Below are positions 1 to 16,000 of a DNA stretch of 64,000 nt, one piece after another. This DNA comes from the human T2T-CHM13v2.0 reference genome, Homo sapiens. A program made the position numbers and the translations under genes. Under the pieces are notes generated by a model. That model did not search any database. It had not been told where the DNA came from and saw only the letters and a list, made by a program, of their open reading frames with translations. The stretch lies in the NCBI RefSeq assembly GCF_009914755.1, contig NC_060945.1; one strand, written 5' to 3'. Each line of letters begins with the position of its first letter. Position 1 is the stretch's first letter.

Positions 1-3000
1 GTTGATATTTGGAGCAGTTTGAGGCCTATGGTGTAAAAGGAAATATCTTCACATAAAAACTAGACAGAAGCATTCTCAGAAACTTCTTTGTCATGTGTGA
101 ATTCAACTCACAGAGTTGAACCTTTCTTTCGTGGAGCAGTTTTGAAACACTCTTCTTGTAGAATCTGCAGGTAGATATTTGGAGCGCTTTGAGGCTTATG
201 GTGGAAAAGGAAATATCTTCACATAAAAACTAGACAGAAGCATTCTCAGAAACTTCTTTGTGATAAGTGCATTCAACTCACAGAGTTGAACCTTTCTGTT
301 GATAGAGCAGTTTTAAAACACTCTTTTTCTGGATTGGGAAAGTGGATATTTGGAGCACTTTGAGGCCTATAGTGGAAAAGGAAACACCTTCACAAAATAA
401 CTAGAGCAGAAGCATTCTCAGAAAATTCTTTGTGATTTGTGCATTCAACTCAGAGTTAAACCTTTCTTTGATAGAGCAGTTTTGAAACACTCTTTTTGTA
501 GAATCTGCAATTGGATATTTAGAGCTCTTTGATGCCTATGGTGGGAAAGGAAATATCCGCATATAAAAAGTAGACAGCAGCATTCTCAGAACCTTGTTTG
601 TGTTGTGTGCATTCAACTCACAGAGTTGAACTTTTCCTTTGATTGAGCAGTTTTGAAAAAGTCTTTTTGTAGAATCTACAAGTGGATATTTGGAGCAGTT
701 TGAGGTCTATGGTGTAAAAGGAAATATCTTCACATGAAAACTAGACAGAAGCATTCTCAGAAACTTCTTTGTGATGAGTTCATTCAATTCACATAGTTGA
801 ACATTTCTTTTGATAGAGCAGTTTTGAAACACTCTTTCTGTAGAATCTACAAGTGGATATTTGGAGCACATTGAAGCCTATGATGGAAAAGGAAATATCT
901 TCACATACAAGCTAGACAGAAGCATTCTCAGAAACTTCTTTGTGTTGTGTGCATTCAACTCACAAAGTTGAACTTTTCCTATGATTGAGCAGTTTTGAAA
1001 CACTCTTTCTGAAGAATCTGCAAGTGGATATTTGGAGTGCTTTGAGGTCTATGGTGGAAAAGCAAACACCTTCACAAAAAAAACTAGAGCAGAAGCATTC
1101 TCAGAAACTTCTTTGTGATGTGTGCATTCAACTCACAGAGTTGAACCTTTCTTTGATAGAGCAGTTTTGAAACACTCTTTTTGTAGAATCTGCAATTGGA
1201 TATTTGGAGCTCTTTGATGCCTATGGTGGAAAAGGAAATATCCGCACATAAAAACTAGACAGCAGCATTCTCAGAAACTTGTTTGTGTTGTGTGCATTCA
1301 TCTCACAGAGTTGAAACTTTCCTTTGATTGAGCAGTTTTGAAAAAGTCCTTTTGCAGAATCTGCAAGTGGATATTTGGAGGCTTTGAGGCCTATGGTGTA
1401 AAAGGAAATATCTTCACATAGAAACTAGACAGAAGCATTCTCTGAAACTTCTTTGTGATGTGTGCATTCAACTCACAGAGTTGAACCTTTCTTTTGTAGA
1501 GCAGTTTTGAAACACTCTTTTTGTAGAATCTGCAATTGGATATTTGGAGCTCTTTGATGCCTATGGTGGGAAAGGAAATATCCGCACATAAAAAGTAGAT
1601 AGCAGCATTCTCAGAAACTTGTTTGTGTTGTGTGCATTCAACTCACAGAGTTGAACCTTTCCTTTGATTGAGCAGTTTTGAAAAAGTCTTTTTGTAGAAT
1701 CTACAAGTGGATATTTGAAGCACATTGAAGCCTATGATGGAAAAGGAAATATCTTCACATACAAACTAGACAGAAGCATTCTCAGAAACTTCTTTGTGAT
1801 AAGTGCATTCAACTCACAGAGATAAACCTTTCTGTTGATAGAGCAGTTTTAAAACACTCTTTTTCTGGAATCGGAAAGTGGATATTTGGAGTGCTTTGAG
1901 GCCTATAGTGGAAAAGGAAACACCTTCACAAAATAACAAGAGCAGAAGCATTCTCAGAAACTTCTTTGTGATTTGTGCATTCAACTCACAGAGTTGAACC
2001 TTTCTTTGATAGAGCAGTTTTGAAACACTCTTTTTGTAGAATCTGCAATTGGATATTTGGAGCTCTTTGATGCCTATGGTGGGAAAGGAAATATCCGCAC
2101 ATAAAAAGTAGATAGCAGCATTCTCAGAAACTTGTTTGTGTTGTGTGCATTCAACTCACAGAGTTGAACCTTTCCTTTGATTGAGCAGTTTTGAAAAAGT
2201 CTTTTTGTAGAATCTACAAGTGGATATTTGAAGCACATTGAAGCCTATGATGGAAAAGGAAATATCTTCACATACAAACTAGACAGAAGCATTCTCAGAA
2301 ACTTCTTTGTGATGAGTGCATTCAACTCACAGAGTTGGACCTTTCTGTTGATAGAGCAGTTTTAAAACACTCTGTTTCTGGAATCCGAAAGTGGATATTT
2401 GGAGTGCTTTGAGGCCTATGTTGGAAAAGGAAATATCTTCACATAAAAACTAGACAGAAGCATTCTCAGAAACTTCTTTGTGCTAGGTGCATTCAACTCA
2501 CATAGTTGAACCTTTCTATTGATAGAGCAGTTTTGAAACACTCTTTTTGTAGTATCTGCCAGTGATTATTTGGAGTGCTTTGAGGCCTACGGTGGAAATG
2601 GAAATATCTTCAAATAAAAACTAGGCAGAAGCATTGTCAGAAACTTATTTGTGTTGTGTGCATTCAACTCACAGAGTTGTACTTTTCCTTTGATTTAGCA
2701 GTTTTGAAAAAGTCTTTTTGTAGTATCTGCAAGTGGATATTTGGAGCACTTTGAGGCCTATGGTGGAAAGGAAAAACCTTCACAAAAAAAACTGGAGCAG
2801 CAGCATTCTTAGAAACTCCTTTGTGATGTGTGCATTCAACTCACACTATTGAAACTTTCTTTAGATAGATCAGTTTTGAAACACACTTTTTGTTGAATCT
2901 GCAATTGGATATTTGCAGCGCTTTGAGGCCTATGGTTGAAAAGCAAATATCCTCACGTAAAAACTAGACAGAAGCATTCTCAGAGACTTGTTTGTGTTGT

Positions 3001-5279
3001 GTGAATTCAACGCACAGAGTTGAACCATTCCTTTGATTGAGCAGTTTTGAAACACTCTTTTTGAACAATCTGCCAGTGGATATTTGATGCGCTTTGATGT
3101 CTATGGTGTAATAGGAACTATCTTTACATAAAAACTAGACAGATGCATTCTCAGAATCTTTCTTGTCATATGTGCATTCAACTCGCAGTGTTGAACCTTT
3201 GTTTTGAAGAGCAGTTTTGAAACACTTTTTTTTTAGGATCTGCAGGTGGATATTTGGAGTGCTTTGTGGCCTATGGAGGAAAACAAAATATCTTCACATA
3301 AAAAGTCGACAGAAACATTCTCAGAAACTACTTTGTGATGAGTGCATTCTATTCAAAGAGTTGAACGTTTCTTTTTATAGAGCAATTTTGAAACACTCTT
3401 TTCGTAGATTCTGCAAATGGATTCTGGAGCGATTTGAGGCCTATGTTGGAAAAGTAAATATCTTCACATAAAAACTTGACTGAAGCATTCTCAGAAACAT
3501 CTTTGTGTTGTGTGCATTCAACTCACCGAGTTGAATATTTCCTTTGATTGAGTAGTTTTGAAACACTCTTTTTGTAGAATCTGTAAGTGGATATTTGGAG
3601 CGATTTGAGGCCTATGGTGGAAAAGATAATATCTTGACATAAAAACTAGACAGGAGCATTGTCAGAAACTTCTTTTTGATGTGAGCATTCACATCACAGA
3701 GTTGAAGATTTTTTTTTTGGATAGAGTAGTTTTGACACACTCTTTTTCTAGAATCTGAATGTGGATATTTGGAGCGTTTTGAGGCCTATGGTGAAAAAGG
3801 CAATATCTTCACATAAAAATTAGGAGCATTCTCAGAAACTTCTTTGTGATCTGTGCATTCAACTCACAGAGCTGGTACTTTCTGTTCATAGATCAGTTTT
3901 GAAACACTCTTTTTGTAGAATCTGCAAGTGGATATTTGGTGGGTTTGAGGCCTTTGGCGGAAAAGGAAATATCTTCACATAAAAACTGGACAGATGCATT
4001 CTCAGAAACTTCTTGGTGATGAGTCCATTCAACTCAGAGAGTTGAACCTTCCTTTTGATAGAGCAGTTTTGAAACACTCTTTTTTTAGAATCTGCAAGTG
4101 CATATTTGGAGCGCTTTGAGGCCTACGGTGGTAAAGGAAATATCTTCACATAAAAACTAGAGAGAAGCATTCTCCGAAACTTCTTTGTGATGAGTGAATT
4201 CAACGCACAGAGCTGAACCTTTCTTTTGATAGAGCAGTTTTGAAACACTCTTTTTGTAGGATCTGCAAGTAGATATTTGGAGTGCTCTGAGGCCTATGGT
4301 GGAAAAGGAAATATCATCATATAAAAACCAGACAGAAGAATTCTCAGAAACTTCTTTGTGTTGTGTGTATTCAACTCACAGAGTTGAAATTTTCCTTTGA
4401 TTGAGCAGTTTTGAAACACTCTTTTTGTAGAATCTGCAAGTGGATATTTGGAGTGCTTTGAGGCCTATGGTGGAAAAGGAAACACCTTCCCATAAAAAGT
4501 AGAGCAGAAACATTCTTAGAAACTTCTTTCTGATGTGTTCATTCATCTCACAAAGATGAACCTTTGTTTTGTTAGAGCAGTTTTGAAACACTCTTTTTGT
4601 GGAATCTGCAAGTGGATATTTGGAGCGCTTTGAGGCCTATGGTGGGAAAGGAAATATCCTCACATAAAAATTAGACAGAAGCATTCTCAGAAACTTGTTT
4701 GTGTTGTGTGCATTCAGCTTACAGAGTTGAACCTTTCCTTTGATTGAGCAATTTTGAAACAGTCTTTTTGTAGTATCTACAAGTGAATATTTGGAGCACT
4801 TTGAGGCCTATGGTGGAAAAGGAAATATCTTCACATAAAAACTAGACAGAAGCATACCCAGAAACTTCTTCTGATGAGTGCGTTCTACTCACAGTGTTGA
4901 ACCTTTCTTTGAAAGATGAGTTTTGAAACACTCTTTCTGTGGAAACTGCAAGTGGATATTTTTAGCGTTTTGAGGCCTATGGTGGAAAAGGAAATATCCT
5001 CACATAAAAACTAGACCGAAGTATTGTCAGAAACTTCTTTGTGATATGTGCATTCAACTCACAGTGTTGAACATTTTTTTGATAGAGCAGTTTTGAAACA
5101 CTCTTTTTCTAGAAACTGAATGTGGATATTTGGAGTGCTTTGAGGCCTATGGTGGAAAAGGAAATATCCTCACATAAAAACTAGACAGAAGCATTCTCAG
5201 AAACTTTTTGGTAGTGTGCGCATTCAACTCACAGAGTTGAAATTTTCTGTTGATAGAGTAGTTTTGAAACACTCTTTTT
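1..5279 (+). repeat. Alpha satellite (~171-bp monomers, ~31 copies), A-type monomers, with local multi-monomer duplications
   Basis: CATTCTCAGAAACTTCTTTGTG...CATTCAACTCACAGAGTTGAAC...GGATATTTGGAGC recurs every ~171 bp. The box position reads CTATGGTGGAAAAGGAA-like (A/pJalpha type). No TTCG....A..CGGG CENP-B core was seen. The block runs off the left edge of the window. Confidence 0.97.
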
Positions 5280-5312
5280 CCTTTTTTTATTTTCATTTAT
5301 TTATTATTATTG
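5280..5312 (-). other. Degenerate L1 poly(A) tail with AATAAA signal
   Basis: The + strand reads cctttttttattttcatttatttattattattg, directly after the L1 3'UTR end (gttttagggtacatgtg). Confidence 0.85.
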
Positions 5313-5511
5313 TACTTCAAGTTTTAGGGTACATGTGAACAATGTGCAGGTTAGTTACATATGTATACATGTGACATGCTGGTGCGCTGCAACCACTAAC
5401 TCGTCATCTAACATTAGTTATATCTCGCAATGCTATCCCTCCCCCCTCCCCCCACCCAAACAGGCCCTAGTGTGTGATGTTCCCCTTCCTGTGTCCATGT
5501 GTTCTCATTGT

Positions 5512-9370
<3,859 letters not shown>

Positions 9371-9406
9371 TTAGTTGATGCAGTTTCTTCCTAGTCTCGA
9401 TGGTCT

Positions 9407-10423
9407 TTACATTTTGGCATGATTTTGCAGCAGCTGGTACTGGTTGTTCCTTTCCATGTTTAGCGTTTCATTCAGGAGCTCTTTTAGGGCAGGCCTGGTG
9501 TGACAAAATCTCTCAGCTTTTGCTTGTATGTAAAGTATTTTATTTCTCCTTCACTTATGAAGCTTAGTTTGGCTGGATATGAAATTCTGGGTTGAAAATT
9601 CTTTTCTTTAAGAAAGTTGAATATTGGCCCCCACTCTCTTCTGGTTTCTAGGGTTTCTGACAAGATATCCGCTGTTAGTCTGATGGACTTCCCTTTGAGG
9701 GTAACCCGACCTTTCTTTCTGGCTGCCCTTAACATTTTTTCCTTCATTTCCACTTTGGTGAATCTGACAATTATGTGTCTTGGAGTTGCTCTTCTCGAGG
9801 TGTATCTTTGTGGCGTTCTCTGTATTTCCTGAATCTGAACTTTGGCCTGCCTTGTTAGATTGGGGAAGTTCTCCTGGATAATATCCTGCAGAGTGTTTTC
9901 CAACTTGATTCCATTCTCCCCGTCACTTTCAGGTACACCAATCAGACGTAGATTTGGTCTTTTCACATAGTCCCATATTTATTGGAGGCTTTGCTCATTT
10001 CTTTTTATTCTTTTTTTCTCTAAACTTCCCTTCTCTCTTCATTTCATTCATTTCATCTTCCATTGCTGATACCGTTTCTTCCAGTTGATCGCATCAGCTC
10101 CTGAGGCTTCTGCATTCTTCACGTAGTTCTCGAGCCTTGGTTTTCAGCTCCATCAGCTCCTTTAAGCACTTCTCTTTATTGGTTATTCTAGTTATACATT
10201 CTTCTAAATTTTTTTCAATGTTTTCAACTTCTTTGCCTTTGGTTTGAATGTCCTCCCATAGCTCAGAGTAATTTGATCGTCTGAAGCCTTCTTCTCTCAG
10301 CTCGTCAAAGTCGTTCTCCGTCCAGCTTTGTTCCATTGCTGGTGAGGAACTGCGTTCCTCTGGAGGAGGAGAGGCGCTCTGCTTTTTAGAGTTTCCAGTT
10401 TTTCTGTTCTGTTTTTTCCCCAT
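9407..10423 (-). pseudogene. L1 ORF1 (RNA-binding/nucleic-acid chaperone), disrupted
   Basis: Starts MGKKQNRKTGNSK at 10423. Premature TGA at 10094-10096 (RSLRS*). The RRM/CTD fragment KRPNLRLIGVPE...FQPRISYPAKLSF lies at 9484-9966 and ends in a frameshift. The native end HAKM-TAA is at 9407. Confidence 0.95.
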
Positions 10424-10878
10424 CATTATGGTTTTATCTACTTTTGGTCTTTGACGATGGTGATGTACAGATGGGTTTTTGGTGTGGATGTCCTTTCTGT
10501 TTGTTAGTTTTCCTTCTAACAGACAGGACCCTCAGCTGCAGGACTGTTGGAGTACCCTGCCGTGTGAGGTGTCAGTGTGCCCCTGCTGGGGGGTGCCTCC
10601 CAGTTAGGCTGCTCGGGGGTCAGGGCTCAGGGACCCACTTGAGGAGGTAGTCTGCCCATTCTCAGATCTCCAGCTGTGTACTGGGAGAACCACTGCTCTC
10701 TTCAAAGCTGTCAGACAGGGACATATGAGTCTGCAGAGGTTACTGCTGTCTTTTTGTTTGTCTGTGCCCTGCCCCCAGAGGTGGAGCCTACAGAGGCAGG
10801 CAGGCCTCCTTGAGCTGTGGTGGGCTCCACCCAGTTCGAGCTTCCCGGCTGCTTTGTTTACCTAAGCAAGCCTGGGCA

Positions 10879-11187
10879 ATGGCGGGCGCCCCTCCCCCAG
10901 CCTCGCTGCCACCTTGCAGTTTGATCTCAGACTGCTGTGCTAGCAATCAGTGAGACTCCGTGGGCGTAGGACCCTCCAAACCAGCTGCGGGATATAATCT
11001 CGTGGTGCGCCATTTTTTAAGTCCATCGGAAAAGTGCAGTATTCGGGTGGAAGTGACCCGATTTTCCAGGTGCCGTCCGTCACCCCTATCTTTGACTAGG
11101 AAAGGGAATTTCCTGACCCCTTGTGCTTTCCGAGTGAGGCAATGCCTCACCCTGCTTCGGCTCACGCATGGTGCGTGCACCCACTGA
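10879..11187 (+). pseudogene. L1 antisense ORF0, interrupted by a nonsense codon
   Basis: ATG at 10879 gives MAGAPPPASLPPCSLISDCCASNQ, then TGA at 10951-10953. The same frame continues DSVGVGPSKP...TRFSRC (track ORF 10960-11187). This matches the primate L1 ORF0 peptide as I recall it. Confidence 0.8.
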
Positions 11188-11309
11188 CCTGCGCCCACTG
11201 TCTGGCATTCCCTAGTGAGATGAACCTGGTACCTCAGATGGAAATGCAGAAATCCCCCGTCTTCTGTGTCACTCATGCTGGGAGCTGTAGACAGGAGCTG
11301 TTACTATTC

Positions 11310-11319
11310 GGCCATCTTG
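11310..11319 (-). promoter_or_regulatory. YY1-binding site at the L1 5' end
   Basis: CAAGATGGCC is intact on the - strand (ggccatcttg on +), at the known position in the first ~20 nt of young L1s. Confidence 0.8.
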
Positions 11320-11349
11320 GCTCTCTGTCTAGTTTTTATGTGAAGATAT

Positions 11350-11366
11350 TCCCGTTTAAAACGAAG
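11350..11366 (-). promoter_or_regulatory. CENP-B box (core-matching)
   Basis: tcccgtttaaaacgaag retains all essential positions of NTTCGNNNNANNCGGGN on the - strand. Confidence 0.75.
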
Positions 11367-12369
11367 GCCTCAAAGCAGTCCAAATATCCACTTGCAGATT
11401 CTATGAAAAGAAAGTTTCAAAACTGCTCTATGAAAAGGTGTGTTCAACTCTGTGAGTTGAATGCAAGTATCAGAAAGTTTCTGAGAATGCTTCTGTCTAA
11501 TGTTTATGTGAAGACATTTACTTCCACCATAGGCCTCAAATCTCTCCAAATGACCACTTGTAGCTTCTGCAAAATGAGTGTGTCAAAACTGATCTATCAA
11601 AAGAAAGGTTCAACTCTCTGAGTTGAATACACACATCACAAAGAAGTTTCTGAGAATGCTTCGGTCTAGTTTTTATGTGAACATATTCCCGTTTACAACA
11701 AAGGCCTCAAAGCAGTCCAAATATCCACTTGCAAATTCTACGAAAACAGTATTTCAAAACTACTCTATGAAAAGGTATCTTCATCTCTGTGAGTTGAATG
11801 CAAACAACACGTAGAAGTTTCTGAGAATGCTTCTGTCAAGTTTTTTTCTGAAGATATTTCAGTTTCCACCATAGGCCTCAAAATGTTCCCAATGTCCACT
11901 TGCAGATTCTACAAAAAGAATTTTTCAAAGCTGCTGAATCAAGAGAAAGGTTCAACTCTATGTGTTGAATGCACACATCACAAAGAAGTTTCTGAGAATG
12001 TTTCTGTCTAGTTTTTATGTGAAGATATTCCCGTTTCCAATGAAGGCCTCAAAGTAGTCCAAATATCCACTTGTAGTATTAAGAAAAGAGTGTTTAAAAA
12101 CTGGTCTATGAAAAGGTATGTTAAATTCTGTGAGTTGAATACAAACATCACAAAGAAGTTTCTGAGAACGTTTCTGCCTGGATTTTATGTGAAGATATTC
12201 CCTTTTCTACCATAGGCCTCGAAGCTCTCCAAATGTCCACTTGCAGATTCTACAAAAAGAATGTTTCAAAACAGCTGTATCAAAAGAAAGTTTCAATTCT
12301 GTGAGTTGAATGCACACATCACAAAGAACTTTCTGATAATGCTTCTGTCTAGTGTTTATGTGAAGATAA

Positions 12370-12386
12370 TCCCGTTTCCAACGAAG
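12370..12386 (-). promoter_or_regulatory. CENP-B box (canonical)
   Basis: tcccgtttccaacgaag is the reverse complement of CTTCGTTGGAAACGGGA. Confidence 0.88.
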
Positions 12387-13049
12387 GCCTCAAAGCAATC
12401 TAACTGTCCACACGCAGATTCTACAAAAAGAGTGTTTCAAAACTGCTCTATGAAAAGGTATGTTCAAATCTGTGAGTTTAATGCACACATCACAAAGAAG
12501 TTTCTGAGAATTCTTCTGTCTAATTTTTGTGTGAAGATATTCCCGTTTCCAATGAAGGCCTCAAAGCAGTCCAAATATCCACTTGCAGATACTAAGTAAA
12601 TAGTGTTTCAAAACTGCTCTATGAAAAGGTATGTTCAAATCCGTGAGTTGAATGCAAACATCACAAAGAAGTTTCTGAGAATGCTTCTGTGTTGTTTTTC
12701 TGTGAATATATTTCCTTTCCCACCATAGGCCTCAAAGCTCTCTAAGTGTTCACTTGCAGATTCTACGAAAAGAGTGTTTCAAAAATGCTCTATGAAAAAA
12801 TATATTCAACTCTGTGAGGTAAATGCAAACATCACAAAGAAGTTTCTGAGAATGCTTCTATTTTTTATCTGAAGATATTTCATTTTCTACCATAGGCCTC
12901 AAAGCTCTCCAAATGTCCACTTGCGGATTCTACAAAAACAGTGTTTCAAATCTGCTCTATGAAGAGAAAGGTTAAACTCTGTGAGTTGAATGCACACGTC
13001 ACAAAGAAGTTTCTGAGAATCCTTCTGTTTAGTTTGTATGTGTTGGTAT

Positions 13050-13066
13050 TCCCGTTTTCAACGAAG
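13050..13066 (-). promoter_or_regulatory. CENP-B box (core-matching)
   Basis: tcccgttttcaacgaag keeps the essential core positions. Confidence 0.75.
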
Positions 13067-16000
13067 GCCCCAAAGCAGTCCAAATATCCATTTGCACAAT
13101 CAACGTAAAGAGTGTTTCAAAACTGCTCTATGAAAAGGGATCTTCAACTCTGGGAGTTGAATGAAAACATCACAAAGCAGTTTCTTAGTATGCTACTGTG
13201 TGGTTTTTATGTGAAGATATTTCCTTTTTCACCATAGGCCTCAAAGTTTCCAAATGTCCACTTGTAGATACTACAAAAAGAGTGCTTCTGATCTGCTCTA
13301 TCAAAAGAAAGGTTCAATTCTGTTAGTTGAGTGCACACATCACAAAGAAGTTTCTGAGAATCCTTCTGTCTAGTTTTTACTTGAAGATATTCCCGTTTCC
13401 AGCGATGGCCTCAAAACAGTCCAAATATACACTTGCAGATTCATGTAAAAAAGTGTTTCAAAACAGCTCTAAGAAAAGGTATGTTCAAATATGAGAGTTG
13501 AATGCAAACACAACAAAGAAGTTTCTGAGAATGCTTCTGTCTAATTTTTAGGTGAAGATATTTCCTTTCCACCATTGGCCTCTGCGCTCTCCTAATGTCC
13601 ACTTGTAGATACTGCAAAGTGAGTGTTTCAAAACTGCTTTATCAAAAAAAAGTTTGACTCTGTGAGTTGAATGCACACATCACAAAGAAGTTTCTGAGAA
13701 TGCTTCTTTCTATTTTTTATGTGTAGATATTGATGTTTCCAACGAAGGCCTCAAAGCAGTACAAATATCCACTTGCAGATTCTATGAAAAGAGTTTTTCA
13801 AAAGTGCTATATGAAAAGGTATGTTCAACTCTGTGAGTTGAAAGCAAACATCACAAAGAAGTTTCTGAGAATGCTTCTGTCTAGTTCATATGAGAAGATA
13901 TTTCCTTTTCCATCATAGGCCTTAAAGGTCTCCAAATTTCCACTTTCAGATTCTACGAAAATAGTGTTTCAAAACTGCTCTATGAAAAGCTACGTTCAAC
14001 TATGTGATTTGAATGCACACATGACAAAGAAGTTTCTGAGAATGCTTCTGTCTAGTTTTTATGTGAAGTTACTCCTGTTTCCAAAGAAGGCCTCAAAGCA
14101 CTCCAAATATCCACATGCACAAACTACGAAAAGAGTGCTTCAAAACTGCTCAAAGAAAACATGTGTTCAAATCGGTGAGTTGAATGAAAACATCACAAAG
14201 AAGTTTCTCAGTATTCTTCTGTCTAATTTTTTTGTGAAGATATTTCCTTTCCACCATAGGCCTCAATTCTCTCCAAATGTCCACTTGTAGATCCTGGAAA
14301 ATGAGTGTTTCAAAACTACTCTATCAAAAGAAAGGTTCAACTCTGTGAGTTGAATGCACACATCACAAAGCAGTTTCTGAGAATGCTTCTGTCTAGTTTT
14401 TCTGTGAAGATATTCCCGTTTTGCCTCACAGCAGTCCAAATATCCACTTGCAGATACTACGAAAAAAGTGTTTCAAAACTGCTCTATGAAAAGGTATGTT
14501 CAACTCTGTGAGTTGAATGCAAACATCAAAAAAATTTCTGAGAATGCTTCGGTCTACTTTTTATGTGAAGATATTTCATTTTGACCACAGGCCTCAAATC
14601 TCTCCAAATGTGCACTTACAGATTCTACAAATTGAGTGTTTCAAAACTGCTCTATCAAAGGAAAGGTTCAACTCTGTGAATTGAATGCACACATCACAAA
14701 GAAGTTTCTGAGCATGCTTCTGTGTAGTTTTTATGTGAAGATATTCCTGTTTCCAACAAAGGTTTCAAAGCAGTCCAAATATCCACTTGCAGATTCTGCT
14801 ATACGAGTGTTTCAAAACTGCTCTATGAGAAGGTATGTTCAAATCTGTGAGTTGAATGCAAACACCACAAAGAAGTTTCTGAGAATGCTTCTGTCTAGTT
14901 TTTATGTGAAGATATTGCCGTTTCCAATGAAGGCCTCAAATCAGTCCAAATATCCACTTGCAGAATCTACGTAGGGAGTGTTTCCAAAATGCTCTATGAA
15001 AAGGTATGTTCAACTCTGTGAGCTTAATGCAATCATCACAAACATGTTTCTGAGAATTCTTCTGTATGGTTTTTATGTGAAGATATTTCCTTTTCCATCA
15101 TAGGCCTCAAAGATCTCCAAATGTCCACTTGCAGATTCCACAAGAAGAGTGTTTTAAAACTGATGTATCTGAAGAAATTTTCAACTCTGTGAGTTGAATG
15201 CAGACATCACAAAGTAGTTTCTGAGAATCCTTGTGTCTAGTTTTTATATGAAAATATTTACTTTTCTAACATAGGTCCCAAATTTCTCCAAATATCCACT
15301 TGCAGATTCTACAAACAGAGTGTTTCAAAAATGCTCTATGAAAAGGAAGATTCAACTCTGTGAGTTGAATGGACACATCACAAAGTAGTTTCTGAGAATG
15401 CTTCTGTCTGGATTTTATTTATAGGTATTCCTGTTTCCAACAAAGGCCTCAAATCAGACAAAATAACAACTTGCAGAATCTACGAAAAGAGTGTTTCAAA
15501 ACTCCTCTAGGTAAAGGTATGTTCAACGCTGTGTGTTGAATGGAAACAGCACAAAGAAATTCCTGAGAATGCTTCTGTCTAGTTTTTATGTGAAGATATT
15601 CCCTTTTCCACCATAGGCTTCAAAGCTCTCCAAATGTCCACTTGCAGATTCCACAAAAACAGTGTTTCAAAACTGCTCTATCAAAAGAAAGGTTCAAATC
15701 TGTAAGTTGAATGCAGACATAACAAAGAAGTTGCAGAGAATGCTTCTGTCTAGTTTTTATGTGTAGATATTCCCCTTTCCAACGAAGGCCTCAAAGCAGT
15801 CCAAATATCCACTTGCAGATCCTACGAAAAGAGTGTTTCAAAACTGCTCTATGAAAACTTATGTTCAACACTGTGAGGTGAATGCAAACAACTCAAAGAA
15901 GTTTCTGAGACTGCTTCTGTCTGGTTTTTATGTGAAGGTATTTCCTTTTCCACCGTAGGCCTCAAAGCTTTCAAAGTGTTCACTTGCAGATTTTACAAAG

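Larger units (their letters stand above)
10424..11323 (-). promoter_or_regulatory. L1 5'UTR (internal sense promoter and antisense promoter region)
   Basis: GC/CpG-rich ~900-bp segment upstream of ORF1 that matches the primate L1 5'UTR. Promoter activity of this copy cannot be shown from sequence. Confidence 0.85.

Noticed and set aside
11121-11621. 166-aa ORF crossing the L1 5'UTR/alpha junction
   Set aside because: Chance read-through from antisense UTR into satellite with a non-ATG start and no coding evidence.
15771-15787. CENP-B-like boxes such as tcccctttccaacgaag (also the ccaacgagg and ccaatgaag variants elsewhere)
   Set aside because: They lack essential core bases, so they were not counted as functional boxes.
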